NCBI GenBank assembly: GCA_964016885.1
Contig: OZ024747.1
Coordinates: 58,838,001-58,902,000 of the forward strand
Origin: Eledone cirrhosa
Lineage: Eukaryota
Direction of reading: 5' to 3'
Length of the DNA stretch: 64,000 nucleotides
Under the pieces are notes generated by a model. It saw only the letters and a list, made by a program, of their open reading frames with translations, was not told the DNA's origin and did no database searches. Below, piece by piece: positions 59,407-64,000 of this stretch. A program made the translations under genes and the position numbers. Within the stretch, counting starts at the first letter, position 1. Each line of letters opens with the position of its first letter.

Positions 59407-59512
59407 TATATATATATATATATGTATGTGTTATATGTATGTGTATATATATATACATATGTATGTGTTATATGTATGTGTGTATATATATATATATATA
59501 CACATACATATA

Positions 59513-59549
<37 letters not shown>

Positions 59550-59656
59550 AATATATATACACATACATATAACACATACATATGTATATATATATATACA
59601 CACATACATATATATACACATACATATAACACATACATATATATATATATATATAT

Positions 59657-59715
<59 letters not shown>

Positions 59716-59727
59716 TATAACACATAC

Positions 59728-59770
<43 letters not shown>

Positions 59771-59914
59771 TGTATATATATATATATATATACATACATA
59801 TGTACATATATATATATATATATAAATGTATATATATATATACATATATAAATACATATATGTATGTAAATGTATGTATGTGTATATATATATGTGTGTG
59901 TGTGTGTAAATGTA

Positions 59915-59989
<75 letters not shown>

Positions 59990-60469
59990 ATAATTATATG
60001 CATATTTATATATATATATATATATATGCATATATATATATGTATACATATACTTATATTTATAGGCATATATATATATTTATACATATATTTATATGCA
60101 TATATATATATATATATATTTATACATATAGATATATTTATATGCATATATATATTATTTATTTCAGGTATAAATGTCTTCGTATGTGTAACCTTGTGTG
60201 TAGGCGTATGCGCGTATGTGAATACCTCTCTGTGTGCGTGGGTGTGAGTGAATGAGGGTGTGTGCGTGTGTTGAATCTGATACGAAACTGGTCAAAGGGA
60301 TGACAGAATGATTATTTGCGTATTACTGCAAGACCAGACACACACACATGCCGACAGAACACAAACACAAACTGATAAAGGTGTCTATATTCACACAGGT
60401 GGCCACACAAGCATTTAAGATATAAAAAAAACCTAGTGTATAAATCTTCCTCGACACAGTAACACACAG

Positions 60470-60519
<50 letters not shown>

Positions 60520-60520
60520 G

Positions 60521-60597
<77 letters not shown>

Positions 60598-60703
60598 AAT
60601 ATGGGGAGAAGAATACTGCATGGTTGCACATGGATTACATGTTATAAAATGAGTCCCTCATCAGTGATTTGCCAACGATCATTGGTATTTCATCGCATTA
60701 AAA

Positions 60704-60763
<60 letters not shown>

Positions 60764-60847
60764 ATAGTGTGCTGCCTATAAATATGAATACACAAATAAA
60801 TAAATCTTCTATACACAAGAAAGTATGAATATATACATGATTTATGC

Positions 60848-60883
<36 letters not shown>

Positions 60884-61807
60884 AACAAGAACATTATTGC
60901 TCCAACAAGTCCATTTAGCTTCCATAACTATACGAAATATATACCTATACCACACATATACAAATCCAACAACAAACGAAATTGACAATTATATTCGTAA
61001 AAACCGAGCCAAAATTATAAATATATAATTTTCAAATTCGATAGCCGTTTCTAAATAAAGCCTGCTTTGTGTCTCACTACTTATATATATATATATAACT
61101 ATCTTTAAGATTAATGGTAGATTTATTGATGTTTGAAATAAGCAAATTAGTGAACAGTGCGCTTTTCCCGTGTCACAGAGTAATTGATAACTAGAAATTT
61201 CTAGTAATAAATTATAAATGCTTATCCTTTTAGCAAATCGTAAATAATGAGCAAATTAACAAACTCATAAATACACTTCGCTATTCCTTTTGATTTAAAT
61301 ACATCGAAATTAAACTTTCTCCCGTTTTTTCTTTGTGAATTTAATGTAGTTAAGTACAATGCTATTTTTACAGATTAGAAATATTTCATAAGCTAGAATT
61401 CTCTCTTATTTGCGTGTGTGCTCTACTTCTAGTCAATAAGTCTAGTCACCCAGTTCCCCCTTCTTTTTATTCTGTCTAGCTCCTTTCCTTGCCGCCATGA
61501 GTGTAATAAAACTAGATAATTCAAGACTTTTATCGGGATATAGCAGGACCAGCCATTTGAAACAAGGTAAAACCCGCCCTCGATAACTGACGTCTACCGA
61601 AGTCAAAAAAAAAAAAACAAGAGAACTTTTAAGATTGTTTGCAAAGACTGTCTGCCCATATATGGACTGTACCCTTGAAGAGTTCAGTTATATTCCCGCC
61701 GCTCTAATACTGGCTCTTTAGTTCGGATCTAGCTGTCGAAATGGCAGGAGCTTAGCCGCCGAGGTCCTGAATCTTTTCATATATATATAAATATATATAT
61801 ATGTGAT

Positions 61808-61988
61808 ATATTTAATGTAGAAAAGGCTTCTACAGGACTAGAGCTGTTTCATTCGGGAAAAATCATGATTTCTCCCGAATGAAACAGGTCTAGTCCTGTA
61901 GAAGCCTTTTCTACATTAAATATTTATACTCTTCTTTGTATTGACTACCTTACTGTGGTAACCCCCGATTGAACCTGGAATAAACTTG
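61808..61988. mobile_element. Fold-back HHR element (family A, copy 2); spacerless palindrome centred at 61865/61866, cutting the HHR core
   Basis: aatca|tgatt centre; tail matches 7831-7900 in reverse. Confidence 0.85.
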
Positions 61989-62053
61989 TATGTATGTATG
62001 TATGTATGTATGTATGTATGTATGTATGTATGTATGTATGTATGTATGTATTG

Positions 62054-62662
62054 TCAGGTCACCATTTGGTGCTACTGGTAAGCTGTATCCCAGTACAACA
62101 TGTCCCATGGTCGGGTCGTTGGCGACTAAACTGGCAACCCCACCAAGGTTTCTTGGTGAGGAGGGTGACTTTGGACATCCTGCAGGATTAAAAACAAAAC
62201 CTGTCAAAGGGCAAAGGAGCTCTTAAGAGTCAATGGCCATCCCAAATCACCGGGAGAGATGACCCCTTAGCCTTTGTCAAGGCAGAATTCTAGGAGAAGG
62301 AAAACTCTGATATAACACCTGCAACCCTGATGGTATCCAATGATGTTGACTTGTTCTTCTTTTTGGTAAATATCATCTTGTTTAACAGAGTGGGACTGAC
62401 TTTGTGCAGTGCCTTTGCTCACTATAAAAGCTTCACGGCACAGCCTTGCTTTATATCTGGAGATCTCTCTGCATTTGTCATCACATGGTACCATGGGCCC
62501 AGCACTATGTGTCAATAATTGTCACAAGTGTAGTGTTTGTACCAGAGTTTTCAAGTCGCTGGCTGGACTAAAATGTCACACTTATTCAGCGCATCGGTAA
62601 GGGTTCTCCTACATGGATATAAAGTAGTGGCCGTGCTCGAAAACGAGTTGGCAGCCACCATG
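62054..62662 (+). mobile_element. ~600-bp non-autonomous RTE-like element, copy 2
   Basis: Matches 3841-4442; C2H2 remnant at 62529-62600; (TATG)n flanks. Confidence 0.75.
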
Positions 62663-63162
62663 TATTTATGTATGTATGTATGTATGTGCGTGTGTGTGTG
62701 TCTATGCAGGTGATCCGAACATAAAACGTCTAGAGAAACAATGCGTAATCTATTGCAAGAGAACTTATTTCGCATTAATAAAGTTCCATACACTTAACAT
62801 ATCTGCGCGACCTCAGCTTTCGGTGTCCAATTATTGCCACCACTGTAAATTGGAGGAGTCGCTTCAAAATTGATCTCATATCGTGCGCTCAAACAAAAAC
62901 ATTTTTGATGAGAGGCCAGCTTTGAAGAGGCTTTATGCACTATAGAGTGATGAGCATAACTGATATTATATGTATATACTGTGGTAAAAGTTTGGTAGAA
63001 ATATCCAAGGGTAAGAGCACTCAGTCTATAGGACGAGTTAAGTTTAAATAGTTATAACAGTGACATATACAGGTACTTTAATTTCGTTGGATTCTGGATC
63101 CCAACTCATTTAACCTATTTTAGGTTGGGCTGAATGAGTTTTACAAGCATATGTTACTGTTG

Positions 63163-63477
<315 letters not shown>

Positions 63478-64000
63478 TAGATAAAAATAATAGGTCGATT
63501 CATGTTGACATCTCTTGCAAAATATACGCATACAATGTGGGTGTCTAAATATGGCAAGTGAGAAAAAAACGCCAATCAGCGGATATTAACCACGCAATTT
63601 CAAAATCCTAACTCCTTTTCGATGTTCAGAGCACGGAATCCAAACAAGGGAGATAACTACTATAGCCTTAGTTGATCCAAGCTTTCGGGTATAAGTTAAA
63701 CAATTTCCTATAAATCATATACACTTCTGCTTTTTCTACCAAATTTCACTCAGACAATGTTCGTGGCGGTATTGATGATGGGGATGTAGTGGTGGTGATT
63801 ATGATTTTGGTGAGTCTGTGGGAGTTTAAGCGCAGTCAATACTAAGAATAGTAATGAGGAGAGTATAAAGCTAGAGATTAAAAAGGATATTCCTTTGATA
63901 CAAAGGAATATTTTGAACCACAATATCGAGCAGAAGAAGAAGAGAAAAAAGAAGAGAGGTAGGGGGTAGAGAAAGGCGAATAACAACGAGTACTACAACA

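Noticed and set aside
63754-63810. Possible micro-exon between ttcactcag and gtgagt
   Set aside because: Splice-like signals alone are common by chance, and the peptide is low complexity.

Overview
AT-rich, microsatellite-saturated eukaryotic (metazoan) DNA. The repeat landscape suggests a cephalopod/octopus-type genome, but this is inference only. No intact host gene is evident, and nearly all ORF-track entries are (TA)n/(CA)n/(TACA)n translations. The window holds decayed non-LTR retrotransposons (R4/Dong-like in (TACA)n, several RTE families, CR1-like, CRE-like), tRNA-derived SINEs, and one 5'-truncated Penelope-like element (PLE; RT motif GLYRDD plus GIY-YIG-type endonuclease). The main unexplained signal is a dense set of short non-coding elements inserted in (TA)n tracts that carry minimal type I hammerhead ribozymes (HHRs). 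By eye I count more than 20 motifs in about 10 sequence families, with compensatory stem changes. Most share one layout: inverted partial copy + direct copy + short tail bearing a TACTC...GAGTGCT motif. One locus (42.0-43.2 kb) has two intact tandem HHRs 466 nt apart, which looks like a retrozyme/circRNA-producing unit. All motifs were read manually; no folding, alignment or database search was run.
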